Below are positions 46,807 to 56,815 of a stretch of 57,072 nt of DNA, in pieces (position 1 is the first letter of the stretch; each line of letters starts with the position of its first letter). The notes under the pieces were generated by a model that worked only from the letters and a program-made list of their open reading frames with translations, ran no database searches and was not told where the DNA came from. The stretch covers positions 1 through 57,072 of the forward strand of contig CDRNVI010000211.1 of assembly GCA_977017575.1 (NCBI GenBank). The letters are read 5' to 3'. The translations under genes were made by a program, and so were the position numbers. The stretch comes from Paramoeba atlantica. Its lineage: Eukaryota > Protista > Discosea.

Positions 46807-47222
46807 GGCAAAAGATCATGAAGAATCTATTTTTTTGGGTGAAATTGTCAAGGAGAACCCGCAGCGCTTCGGGCCGCGGGCCCGAATTTTCGCATTTTCA
46901 TGACTCGAATTCTGGTCTGGTACGCTTATGCACTCCTTTTTCTCAAAACCGGGGAACTCATAAGCAGGAGGGGTATAGTGCTTGGAACCACCCTGCCTTT
47001 TCTTGTAAACGGGTACCAAGATCCACATGAAGACGAGCACCAAAGGTGGTCATTCTGCCAAAAATCTTCGCTCTGGATGGCACAGGATGGCACGAAATGG
47101 CACAGGGTAGCACCGAATGGCACAGGATGGCACAGGATAACTGCATAGTGTCCTATGGTAATACATGTGTAATATTAAATGTATGACAAGATGCTAGGAA
47201 CTAACAATGACCCGACAAGTTA

Positions 47223-48485
47223 TTAGAAAAGTAAAGTAATATTCGTGTTTCTAATGTTGAGATTAAAGCCAGCCATATTCGGAAGCAGGCGCTTTTCTAT
47301 CTCGCCATGCAGATTTACGTTGTTTGACAAATCGAGCTGGTGCAATGTACTCGGAAGGCTTCTTACGTCAATTTTGACGGAAAACCTATTCGTGAATAGT
47401 CGAAGATCGCATAAGTTTGGGAGATCACGTAGACAAAGGTTTCCTGATAACTGATTACAGTCAAGACTGAGATATTTCAACCTAGGAGGCAATCTATCTA
47501 AGCAAATTTCACCTGTAAATCGGTTACCGGAGAGGTTCAGCTTGTTCATATTCGGAGGGAGAGTTGTCAAGTCCAATGGTCCACTAAAATCATTGTAAGC
47601 TAGAATCAAAACACCTAACTTGCAGGGCAATGTGCTCAGTGGAACTTCGCCCGAAAGCTTAGTAAGAAAAAAACTGAACGTGTATACTGTATTTGGGAAA
47701 TAACCAAAATTCAACGATCCAGTGAGATCTTTGTATGACTTATTTAAATACCCGTTCCAATATATAGACGTAATCTCATTCGCCTTATTACAATCCGCGC
47801 CATCCCAATTACAAGCAGGAGTTGATGTATTCCATGAACAATGTGTATTCTCAATATTCTGTACGAGTAGTGCAAGTTCGTATTCCTGTGGGAGATTCGC
47901 CTTGCTGACTCTAGCTGCTCGTCTTGTATAGTGGGATATATAGTGTATATACACTTTGTATATACAAATGTAGATACAGTTTCTGTACCTTGTTGGTACA
48001 TTTTCCTTTAGTTCATCTTTTCTTTCCCCGGCAACGGGCATAGTCTTACTGTTAATATGTCCGTTGCCGGCCGGCACTACGGCCGAAACTGTCCCTCTTT
48101 CTCGGCGAAGTAGGGGACGCGCTTCCACCCCATCACCCCTCCCCGGCTCACTCTTTGAGTGTGTTATCTTCCCTCCCCGGCTTTCTTCCCTTCGCGCCCT
48201 TTCCTTCCCGGGGCCTCCCTTGAGCACCACTGGGCGTGGCTCTGCCTCGTCTTATCGCGAGGCAGCGGTCGGTTGCAGTGCGCCCCTCCGGCTGCGTAAA
48301 GAGAGGGCGAGTTGCCTGGACCCCCTCTACCGACAGAGTCCGAGATAAACCCCCTTGGTGCGACATCCGTCATTACGGATTGTGCCGATGATATCGGCTG
48401 TCGCATCAAGGGCTGTATCTCTGCGCCAACGAGCGCATGAACATCAAAACACTGTAATATCCGCAGCAGAAACGCTACAAAGCAT
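47223..48485 (-). pseudogene. LRR subfamily C, copy C3, interrupted by the SL-headed insert
   Basis: MLCSVSAADIT lies at 48485-48452 and the rest of the gene below 47937. The track ORF 47223-48230 is a chimera with insert sequence. Confidence 0.88.
47938..48451 (+). other. SL-headed ~510-bp insert, copy 2
   Basis: AGATACAGTTTCTGTACCTTGTTG|GTAC at 47972-47999. Hairpin ccggcaacgggcat/atgtccgttgccgg. Preceded by 34 nt of palindromic filler. No TSD compared with intact C2. Confidence 0.72.
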
Positions 48486-48932
48486 GAAACTTCAAAAAAT
48501 GTAGAATGTGTAGAAAAGTTGAATGAATTTGTTTTGCATGACACCACAATACCCTCTAGATCACCTAGTTGTGGAAATACGATACAGCGAGGGTTGGTAA
48601 TAGATTTCGGGAACAAACAATCTAAATTCCGCAAAAATGCTTTTTAAGTACTATACATGAGGAGCTGCGGGTGGGGATTCGGTGCGGTCTCGGTGCGGTC
48701 TCGGTACGGTGTACCCACTTATCTCAGTGCAGGAACAGGAATGCGGAGTGTGGAATGGGTGGAGGGCATGGGCGTAGAAGGCGAAGGCGAGGATTCATGA
48801 ATCCGGACATTGTTGGAGAGGAAATCTCAATGAAATTTAAGGTTATTAACAAATCTGTACGGTTAGAAACAAATCTACTAAAAGGAATATACGCGTGATT
48901 TTACCAAAGAAAGGGGTAACTCTGATACACTT

Positions 48933-49103
48933 GAGGGGCTGCGTGTATGATCTCGCATGATCTCGCGTGATCTCGCATGATCTCGCGTGATCTCACGTGA
49001 TCTCGTTTTGAGGTCGTCCAACCACCCTCCCGAGCCAAATCCGCTCTAGAGAGCTCTCGCGTGATCTCACGTGATCTCATATTGGCCTCACCCGCAGCCC
49101 CTC
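48933..49103. mobile_element. 171-bp MITE with GAGGGGCTGCG TIRs and ACTT TSD (Sola-like termini)
   Basis: ACTT at 48929-48932 and 49104-49107. Internal tgatctc(g/a)c(g/a) 10-mers. Solo ends near 2358, 23600 and 48659. Confidence 0.7.
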
Positions 49104-49206
49104 ACTTATTTATAACTACAAAATTACCACGAGCCTTGAACGTAAATAATATTACTTAGTACACTTACTTGATTTTTTAGTCTCATAGGCAACGCCATCT
49201 AGTATC

Positions 49207-50181
49207 TTAAGAATACAATAATCCGAAGATCGTGTACTTGAATGAGATAAGTACAACCCCCAGGAATCCTGTGGAACTCACAATTAGTGGAGATTCTATG
49301 AACCCGATGTTGGATGAACCTGTGTACTCATCCACTACAAGAGCTGTCGCAGGTTGCGAACCTCCAAGTAAGGAAGCTTGATCGTGCACGATCTCTTCAA
49401 ATACTTGACGGTTCATCCAACCAATCGAAGTTACGTACACCTTCAAAGCGTTGTCGAGCGTCCGAGCAACATGATGTCGAGCGTCTCGCAGTATGCGGGA
49501 CTTTTCATCTTCTACATTAGACTTGAACAGTACCGTAGGAGGAAGGGGAAGAGCTTTTCTGTTGTGAACATCGTAAACACGGGAAAGAAAAACAGTTATA
49601 CTTTCCTTGTCGTTGGTGGTTACGACTTGCACGTTACGAAGCCCTATGGGAGCCAATGTTACTCTCGTATTTTCACCATCAACGGGAAGAGACGTTTCAT
49701 CCCCAAATGTCACATACGCGTATGAACGGACTTGATTTTGTATGTAGAGCTGCCGTGCCCAAGCTCGTATTCGCGAGCCCACGTCGGAAGGACCCACGTA
49801 GTGGACACGTCCAAATCTTTGGTTTATCCACCCGAAAAGACGCTTGAAGCGCTTGTATATGCGTTCCTTCGTCTCATCGGCAAAGTCTTGAAGCTGTATT
49901 CCGTATGTTTCCATAACGGAAACGACGAATACCTTCGTTACAGCATGTTTACCATTGAATTCTTGGAGCAATTTAAGGTGCACTTTCTTTAAAATTGCCT
50001 TCCGTTCTTTGTTAAAGCCTCTCTGGCGCTTTCTTCCCTTGAGACCACGCTTAATACGTGATTGATAAAAAGAGGCACCGTTGCTTTTAATACTTCGGAC
50101 AGTTCTTAAACTGATCCGATACTTTTCGCTCAGCTTTTTTGTGTCCAATTCGCTCAGACACACATTCAACTTCTCTTGCAT
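49207..50181 (-). pseudogene. Second pogo-family transposase, truncated after the second D
   Basis: HTH (LSEKYRISLRTVRSIK), FGDETSL, KESITV, PPTVLFK, GWMNRQVF and ALVVDEY. Homology is lost after ~49300. Confidence 0.85.
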
Positions 50182-50559
50182 AGTCAAACACACTCTAAAG
50201 GTCCTAGGTATGCTCATGGGAAGAGAATCAAGTGTGTTGTGGGGAGGACGGCGGGCTACCGGGGGACCAGCTCTCGGCGCTGGCGGAATAACCGTAAACC
50301 AGCGTCCCAAAGGACCTGAAATCGCCGATCCACAAGTGTGCGCTTTGTCTAGCGTCTCGTTCTCGTTCGAATCGACAGTCATTGAAAGGATGAAGGGAAC
50401 TATTAATAAAGTTTCAGTGATTTCCATAAATGAAAATTTTAGAAATTTACGCTATATTTACTCTACACTTTTGGTCAAAAAAATTGTGCTCCGGTGTTTT
50501 CCCAAATAGGTGCTGTCGCGGGGGCCAAATAGGTGGTGTCGCGCAGTCATTGACATGGA

Positions 50560-51862
50560 GTATTATACTTACTGGACCGGAGAAACACCCCCTCGACGTT
50601 GACGTCGACCCATCTTCGTCCTCCGGGGGACCGGAATACTCGACTTGCGTGAACCCCGAACCTTCTTACAATCCGTGGCATGGACGCAAAACTCCTCATT
50701 TCTGAGGGCTGCGCCGCACACGCATTGGAGTTCAGGTTCAGAGGGGGTACAGCGGTTGTCTCTCATTCGGGATCCCGCATATAGTCCATGCATTCATCCA
50801 CTCAGTGGAATGAATGTTCTTGATCTGTAGCGTGCCCAGGAAGTCCGCCGTAAAGACTTTGTTTACAAACGGTTTCGTTCCCAGGGAGCCCATTCCCCCG
50901 ATCAAGGCTTCGGAGCATGTAGTGATGGCCGCGTCTACCTGTAGGTTGGCCCCGGGGTCGTGCCTTTCATTGCCTTATCATCAAGTCTTATTATCAAAAT
51001 CTACTTCAGTACACGTTTGTAGTGTTTATGAATTCATGTCCGCGTCAGAAGACCGTCGTACATGTAGAATCATCATTAGAAAGCAATCGGTGTAGGTTAT
51101 CTTATGAAGAATCTCTTTTGGGCCGATGGCCCCCTTCCGCGGTAAAATCTTGTCCATTCTTTAATCTAAAGCATTACATTCTTGGAATTGATCTCTGCAA
51201 CGAGTCGTCTGAGATGTACACAAGCAGCACTCTCTAGAATATTGTACCTATTCTGCTCACCTGGCAGACTCGTTTTATCTACGTTGTGACCAATTTTTTC
51301 TCGCTGCTATGAGTGGTCGCCTTGGTCTCTAAAATCAAAAGCGACATACCCAACAGCTCAAACAAGGCTAACGGCCTGTGATAGTCGGGCTGCGCAAGTT
51401 GTTGGTTTTTTGGGTCCCTTCCCGAGAGTTTCCGCGGACATGGTGCAGCTATTGTAAACCATGTTATCGACCACGTAGGCCCACTTACTCGAACAATGAG
51501 AGGACGCAACAATGCCGTGATGGCCGCGTCTACCTGTAGGTTGGCCCCATTAAGCCTCAGTCCCGACACCCGTACTGATCTCCTCCTGTATGAACTTGTT
51601 CGCAAACCCGGGGTTCCGCGGCTATGTCAATATCATCCAGATATGGCCATAGCTTGAGACACCCCGAGAATTTAGCCGTCACGGCTGAGATGGCGCCCTG
51701 GATGCCCAGAGCGAAGAGGATGGGCCCAATGGGGTCCCCTTGTTTGACCCCCGGGAGCTCGGGATACAGAGCCCCTCCCCCAAATGTAGTTTGCGGAGGG
51801 GCCTTTCCCGACAGGGGTGATCCCTTCCAGGGGGGACAGGTTGGGGTGTCGTTGGAGGGCAC
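50560..51862 (-). pseudogene. CRE/SLACS-like non-LTR retrotransposon relic (RT plus CCHC finger)
   Basis: GVKQGDPIGPILFALG, PYLDD and GLRLN, then CVCG...HATDC downstream. A ~30-bp direct repeat at ~50922 and ~51518 indicates rearrangement. Confidence 0.7.
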
Positions 51863-52134
51863 GGAAAATCGCCCCGCGGGAAATGCGGGTACTGTGCCCC
51901 CCCCTTATAGTGCCGCGGTTTTCGACCAAACGGCACTATAAGTGGGGGGGGTAGTAGGTTTCAGGTCGAGGGTGAAAATTTTCCCCATTCGAAAATAAAG
52001 CGCGCCGCTTTGCGGCTACTCGTAAAAGTATTTTCTAGATCTGCCGCCACGACCACCTCGTCGGGTCTGTCGCGGAAGGGAGAGACTCGCAGCGAGAGAC
52101 TCCCACCTCATACACGAAATGATCACACCCGAGA

Positions 52135-52854
52135 GTGTACTGGGCTCCGAATTGGAGACTCTGGAACACCGCTGGGAGGTGGACTCTTATCTGTTCGCGA
52201 GCCAACGGTCCGGCAAGCTTGAGAAACACGTCCCCCATAGCAATGGGCCTGAAGGAGGAGTGGTGTCCGACCGGGGCCCCAGGTTTGATGAAGAGCTTGA
52301 GGTTGGCTCCCGTGAGGAAGGACCTTATAGACGAAGTCAGGGCATTCGGCTTATGTCGGATGATGGGACTTAGCGATCCCAGCTTCCCGAGCTAACTCAC
52401 CCGGTGTCGTAAAGCAAGACGCTAAACAATTAGGGTGAGATTGATTTGGTACAACCTAGAAATGGCAATTCCAGCACCCGGCGCCAACAAAACAAGGCGC
52501 CAAAGAACTAGGGAGTGAGGAATGCCGCTGAAAGAGTCTACTCGGCACCATCAAAACAAGGTGCTAAATAACTAGGACAGAATACTTTTTCCCGCGTATG
52601 GGGTTACCTGGTGTTAACAAAGACACTAAGAAACTAGGGTAAATACACATACGCACAAAAAAATAATCATTGGATGCTTGACCGCTGCACAGTCCGTAAT
52701 GCACACAGCCTAAAAACTGTGACGCATGGCAAAAGCTATGATTTTCATGGCCTGGCGCGCGCGGCTAAAAGCAGTTAATATTGGATAGTGCCCGGCTATC
52801 TCCGGGAGGGTACATCCCTGGGATAAATGCCCTTATAAATCAATCAATCAATCA
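52135..52854 (+). mobile_element. 3' end of an R2-like (RLE) non-LTR element, copy 2
   Basis: The ORF end SPIAMGLKEEWCPTG...LMKSLRL resembles the RLE C-terminus. TAA at 52393-52395, four structured modules at 52396-52642, and an (AATC)n tail at 52838-52854. Confidence 0.6.
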
Positions 52855-53419
52855 TAGACGGTTGGAGAGAGTTGGTGAGATTCCCGGGGTGATCCAAGTC
52901 CCCGCATCTCTGGGATCGTCCGCCTGGAGGATAGGGATCAAAAGTTCGTTAGTCCATCCAGAAGAACCAGGCGCTCTGAGCGGGGCCAGGCTCAGAGCCT
53001 TACTGGCTACGTCCGCCGTGTAGACTATCCGCCGTGTATACTATCCGTATATACTCTTGTCGTAGGCATACTTTAGCTAGAGGGTCTAGTGCGGCTTCGA
53101 GGATCTTTGCAGCCGGGAGAAGGTACCTACCCGGACTAACTGTTCGGCTCGTTTTGTAGCTGACTGGGGGGGGCCGTTGACGGGGAGAGGCGTGGGAGCC
53201 AGGTCTTAGACCCCTCCCAATGAACCCTCTTACGTAGGCGGAATGAACACCGGAAAGTGGTGTTTCAGCTTAGGAAAAAGTGGATAAGTCCGTTGTTTGC
53301 GGGTACAATAACATAAACACTCTGCATTGAAATAAATAAACAAACAACCCTAGCCAGCTGTTTCTGAAAAAGCTTATTCTCTGAACAGGAAGCGTGGAAG
53401 AACAGGGATGAAAACCTCG

Positions 53420-53509
53420 TGGTGGGGGCTCTCGAATGCGCTATTATTTTCCAAAATCGAACAAATTTTACGCATTTTAGACTCCCCCGCCATGGGATTT
53501 TGACCCCTG
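53420..53509. mobile_element. Solo Tc1-type right terminus
   Basis: ctctcgaatgcgctattattttccaaaat box, then gacccctg-TA. Confidence 0.7.
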
Positions 53510-53690
53510 TAGAATTAAAATAGAAATTTCGATTTTCGGGCCTATCATTCCCATACTTTCAAAAAACGTTGAAACTCACATATTGTCTAATATCACACAC
53601 ATACATTCGCATTTTTAGTATGTCTTCTCTGACACATTGAGCGCAACAATGCACGTCATAACGCCCTACGTGGTCTTCGCATCCTTACAG

Positions 53691-55283
53691 TTATTCGCCA
53701 TTTCCCAGGTCTTTGACAATCCCAATATGAGTTCTGTCCAACAATATATTTATGGACCGCCGTACCTTTCGACTGACAAATCCATGGAGCTCTGGGTTAT
53801 CGCTTAACGCTAAAGTCAATAACGTGTCGGGGAGAGAATCGAGTGGGATATTCCCTTCCAAACAATTATGGTTTAGCAAAAGAGTTTCAAGCGTTTTAGG
53901 GAGCGATATGAGACCGGTGACATCGCTAAAGCCATTGTGATCAAATTTTAGAGTTTGAAGCCCGATCGGCATATCCTGCAGATCTAGGGCTCCCGAAAAC
54001 TTATTATGGCTAGCGATAAAAACAACGCAGGAGTCAGGCAAATCGATGAGGTGAAGATTGCCCGTAAATTGATTGCGTTTGATTCGTAAACTCTCAAGTG
54101 AAGGTGGAAGTGTATCTAATTTAAAGGAACCCACAAATGCATTATTGCTGATGTCCATAAAAGTTAGTTCCTCGGGCAAATCACTGAGATCTGGTGATCC
54201 AGATAGCTTGTTACGGTACAAAAGGAGGTGGGTAAGAGAATCAGGTAGGGAGCGGATATCGATCTCTCCCGTGAATGCGTTACGCGAAAGGTTAAGGTCT
54301 TCAAGCTCCTCTGGTAAGTTCCGTAAGTCTAACGTCCCCGCCAACTGATTTTCGGAAAGATCCAACTTGTACAGTTCATTTGGTAGTGTATCTAGATTCG
54401 TTATACCCGTAAACTTGTTGCCCGACGCGGCAAATAATTTAAGGTTCTGGGGAAGGGAATTCAACTGCAGAGATCCTTCGAACTGGTTTTCTGAAAGATC
54501 TACTAGCTCGAGTGATGATGGCAGACCTTGCAAATCAAGCGTACCCGTCAATTCGTTATCTAGCACAGTCAGGTCTTTAAGCGTGTCTGGCAAATTATTC
54601 AGGTGTAGCCTACCTGAAAACTTGTTTTCAGCTACATTGAAAACTTCCATGTGTACCGGCAGGGCACCAAGATCCATGTCCTGGGCAGACTGATTGGTGC
54701 CTGAAAAAAACTGATTTCTAGTCAACGTCAATATCCTCAACTTTGCTGGGAGGCTACCCAAATCAATGCCACCTTCAAACAAGTTAAATTCCAAATTAAT
54801 GACTTGCAACGTTGGCGGAAAAAGAGAAAAATTTACTGTACCAGCAAAATCGTTGAAACTGAGCTTAAGGTACGTCAGGTTCGGCGGCAAATTATCTAAA
54901 CAAACGGATCCAGAAAAATCGTTCCCTGTGGCGGATACTCGCAAAACGGTCCTGGGAAGATGTTCTAAATGCAATTCGCCCGAGTATCGCCAAACCCAGA
55001 TATCGGAATCAGCGTCCCACATAAGTTCCGTCACCTCTCCATGTTCATTACATCCCACTCTTGCCCATTCGCACGCAGCTGTGGATGTCGTCCAGGATGG
55101 GTTAGGATGCAATACGTCCGCAATAACTCGTTCCAGCTCATATTCTTGCGGTAGAACAGACCCATGTATTTTCCCGGGGCGAGTAGATGGATAAGGTGCC
55201 GTGTTATGTGGGACATCTTGATGCAGTTTCCTACGTTTAACAGGGGGTGACTGTTCATCACGCGTGTCGGTAACGCGATTCAT
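53691..55283 (-). CDS. LRR protein subfamily B, intact (530 aa)
   Basis: Basic N-terminal PPVKRRKLH, LPQEYELERV, cap WTTSTAACEWARVGC and about 17 LRRs of ~23 aa. No evident signal peptide, TM segment or GPI tail. Confidence 0.93.
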   Translation of the reverse strand: MNRVTDTRDEQSPPVKRRKLHQDVPHNTAPYPSTRPGKIHGSVLPQEYELERVIADVLHPNPSWTTSTAACEWARVGCNEHGEVTELMWDADSDIWVWRYSGELHLEHLPRTVLRVSATGNDFSGSVCLDNLPPNLTYLKLSFNDFAGTVNFSLFPPTLQVINLEFNLFEGGIDLGSLPAKLRILTLTRNQFFSGTNQSAQDMDLGALPVHMEVFNVAENKFSGRLHLNNLPDTLKDLTVLDNELTGTLDLQGLPSSLELVDLSENQFEGSLQLNSLPQNLKLFAASGNKFTGITNLDTLPNELYKLDLSENQLAGTLDLRNLPEELEDLNLSRNAFTGEIDIRSLPDSLTHLLLYRNKLSGSPDLSDLPEELTFMDISNNAFVGSFKLDTLPPSLESLRIKRNQFTGNLHLIDLPDSCVVFIASHNKFSGALDLQDMPIGLQTLKFDHNGFSDVTGLISLPKTLETLLLNHNCLEGNIPLDSLPDTLLTLALSDNPELHGFVSRKVRRSINILLDRTHIGIVKDLGNGE

Positions 55284-55310
55284 GTGTTAAATCCAAGGAA
55301 TATCTGGTGT

Positions 55311-55338
55311 CTTAAGATAGGAAAGAAAGAAAAGAAGC
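55311..55338 (-). promoter_or_regulatory. Candidate trans-splice acceptor
   Basis: The minus strand cttcttttctttctttcctatcttAAG lies 27 nt upstream of ATG 55283. The equivalent at ~29175-29202 has TAG. Confidence 0.5.
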
Positions 55339-55816
55339 ATTGTTATTATTACCATGCAAAACCGCCATATACCCCTATTGCGGTAGAGTATAAATCCCGA
55401 GGCATAAGAAGTCACCCCCCTCTAAAATTTGGTTATTTTGTCCCTTGGGTTTATTTTTGTTGCATTTTTGCCGATCTCGGTGAAGCTTGTTTGCGCATAC
55501 ATGTATCATATAGAGAATAAAACTGGGAACCAATAAAATATGAATTTACTACTACCACTTTCTTACTTTTTCGCCACCATTTTTTTTGCAAACTTTGAGA
55601 CATCTGTTGAAACTTAAAACAGTACGATCAGATTCAAGAATATTATTAAAAGCTTTTTTACGCACTTAATTAGAGTAGTGCAAGACGGATTCATTTCATT
55701 ATTTTAGGAAGAGGCTTTTTTCATTATTTTAGGAATCTCCAAAGCGTTTGGATAAAGTTGGCTTTACAGAAACGGTATCTTTATCGTATGAGTAGTTTTT
55801 CTACCTTTCCCGTACT

Positions 55817-56705
55817 AATTTTCTTTTTTAGGCTCTTCGTTAAACGCGGCGGTTGCTTTCAACTTAGAAGTCTCATGCTGCGCGCTTCGCGTTGAAAACT
55901 CCCGCCGCGTTTAACGAAGAGCCTAAAAAAGAAAATTTAGCCTGGAAAACGGAAAGATTATAGCCAAAAATAGCCGAATTTCGGGTACAAATGGGGTCAT
56001 TTTCGCGTAATTTTGCTCTCAGAGCACTAAATCCGACATTTGCGCGTGGGAAATCACTCGCAGGCATGAATGAAAGCCTACCGAACGTATTGGGTAGAGA
56101 ATGCGACTCCAACCATACCATTCTTTCGACACAAAAATGCCCCATTAGGTCCGAAAAATACTTTTTCACCTTTTTTAGTCAAAAATGGGTCATTTTGGGG
56201 GGCGCACCATAGTTCGAAGAAGTGATACCTTGCGAAAACAACTGCGTAGAAAGCTAGTGTAGGTCCCAAACTATCAAAATACAATAGGGGAAACGATTTT
56301 GGAAAAATATTTTTTTTTGTCAGTTTTTTCGCCAAGTTGAATTTTTTTTCAAAATGTTTTTTCCGAAAAAATCCGAACTTGGCGGACCCGTCCTGCGGAT
56401 ACGCGGGGGGGTCACCCCCGGGTAGGGGGGTGGAAAATGCGCGCCAAGACCCCGGCTACCTTTCTGCGGGTTTGTTTCGAAAACTAATTTTTTCGAAAAA
56501 AATTGCTCGACCATGCCCCCCCTGGACCCCCCCCCTGGACCCCCCATTTTTTTCAATTTTTTTTTTCAGTTTTGGTCCACCGGAGCCCCCTTTTATATTT
56601 TTTTCTTCTATTATATTACTGTGTTCCTCTTTATATTTTCACTGTTTTTGTTCACTTTTTTTTCAATAATCGAGTGTAGAGCGGTAGTTTTACAACCACC
56701 GCAAT
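55817..56705 (+). mobile_element. Composite element T: hairpin H copy 4, body, hairpin terminus
   Basis: Colinear with 37977-38798. The ~45-bp arms are near perfect. Confidence 0.82.
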
Positions 56706-56715
56706 AAAGTTTATA

Positions 56716-56815
56716 CAGGGGTGTAAATTTGGATGTGGGGGGGTCTAAAGTTAAAAGTCTAAAAGTTAAAAGGGGTCTAAAGTAAAATTATAGCGCATTC
56801 GAGAGCTCTCGAACT
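56716..56815. mobile_element. Tc1-type left terminus
   Basis: TA-CAGGGGTG, then the reverse-complement shared box tagcgcattcgagagctctc. Confidence 0.7.

Noticed and set aside
53752-55194. Plus-strand ORFs overlapping LRR genes (also near 9979, 14528, 24834, 28055)
   Set aside because: They are antisense shadows of repetitive LRR codons.
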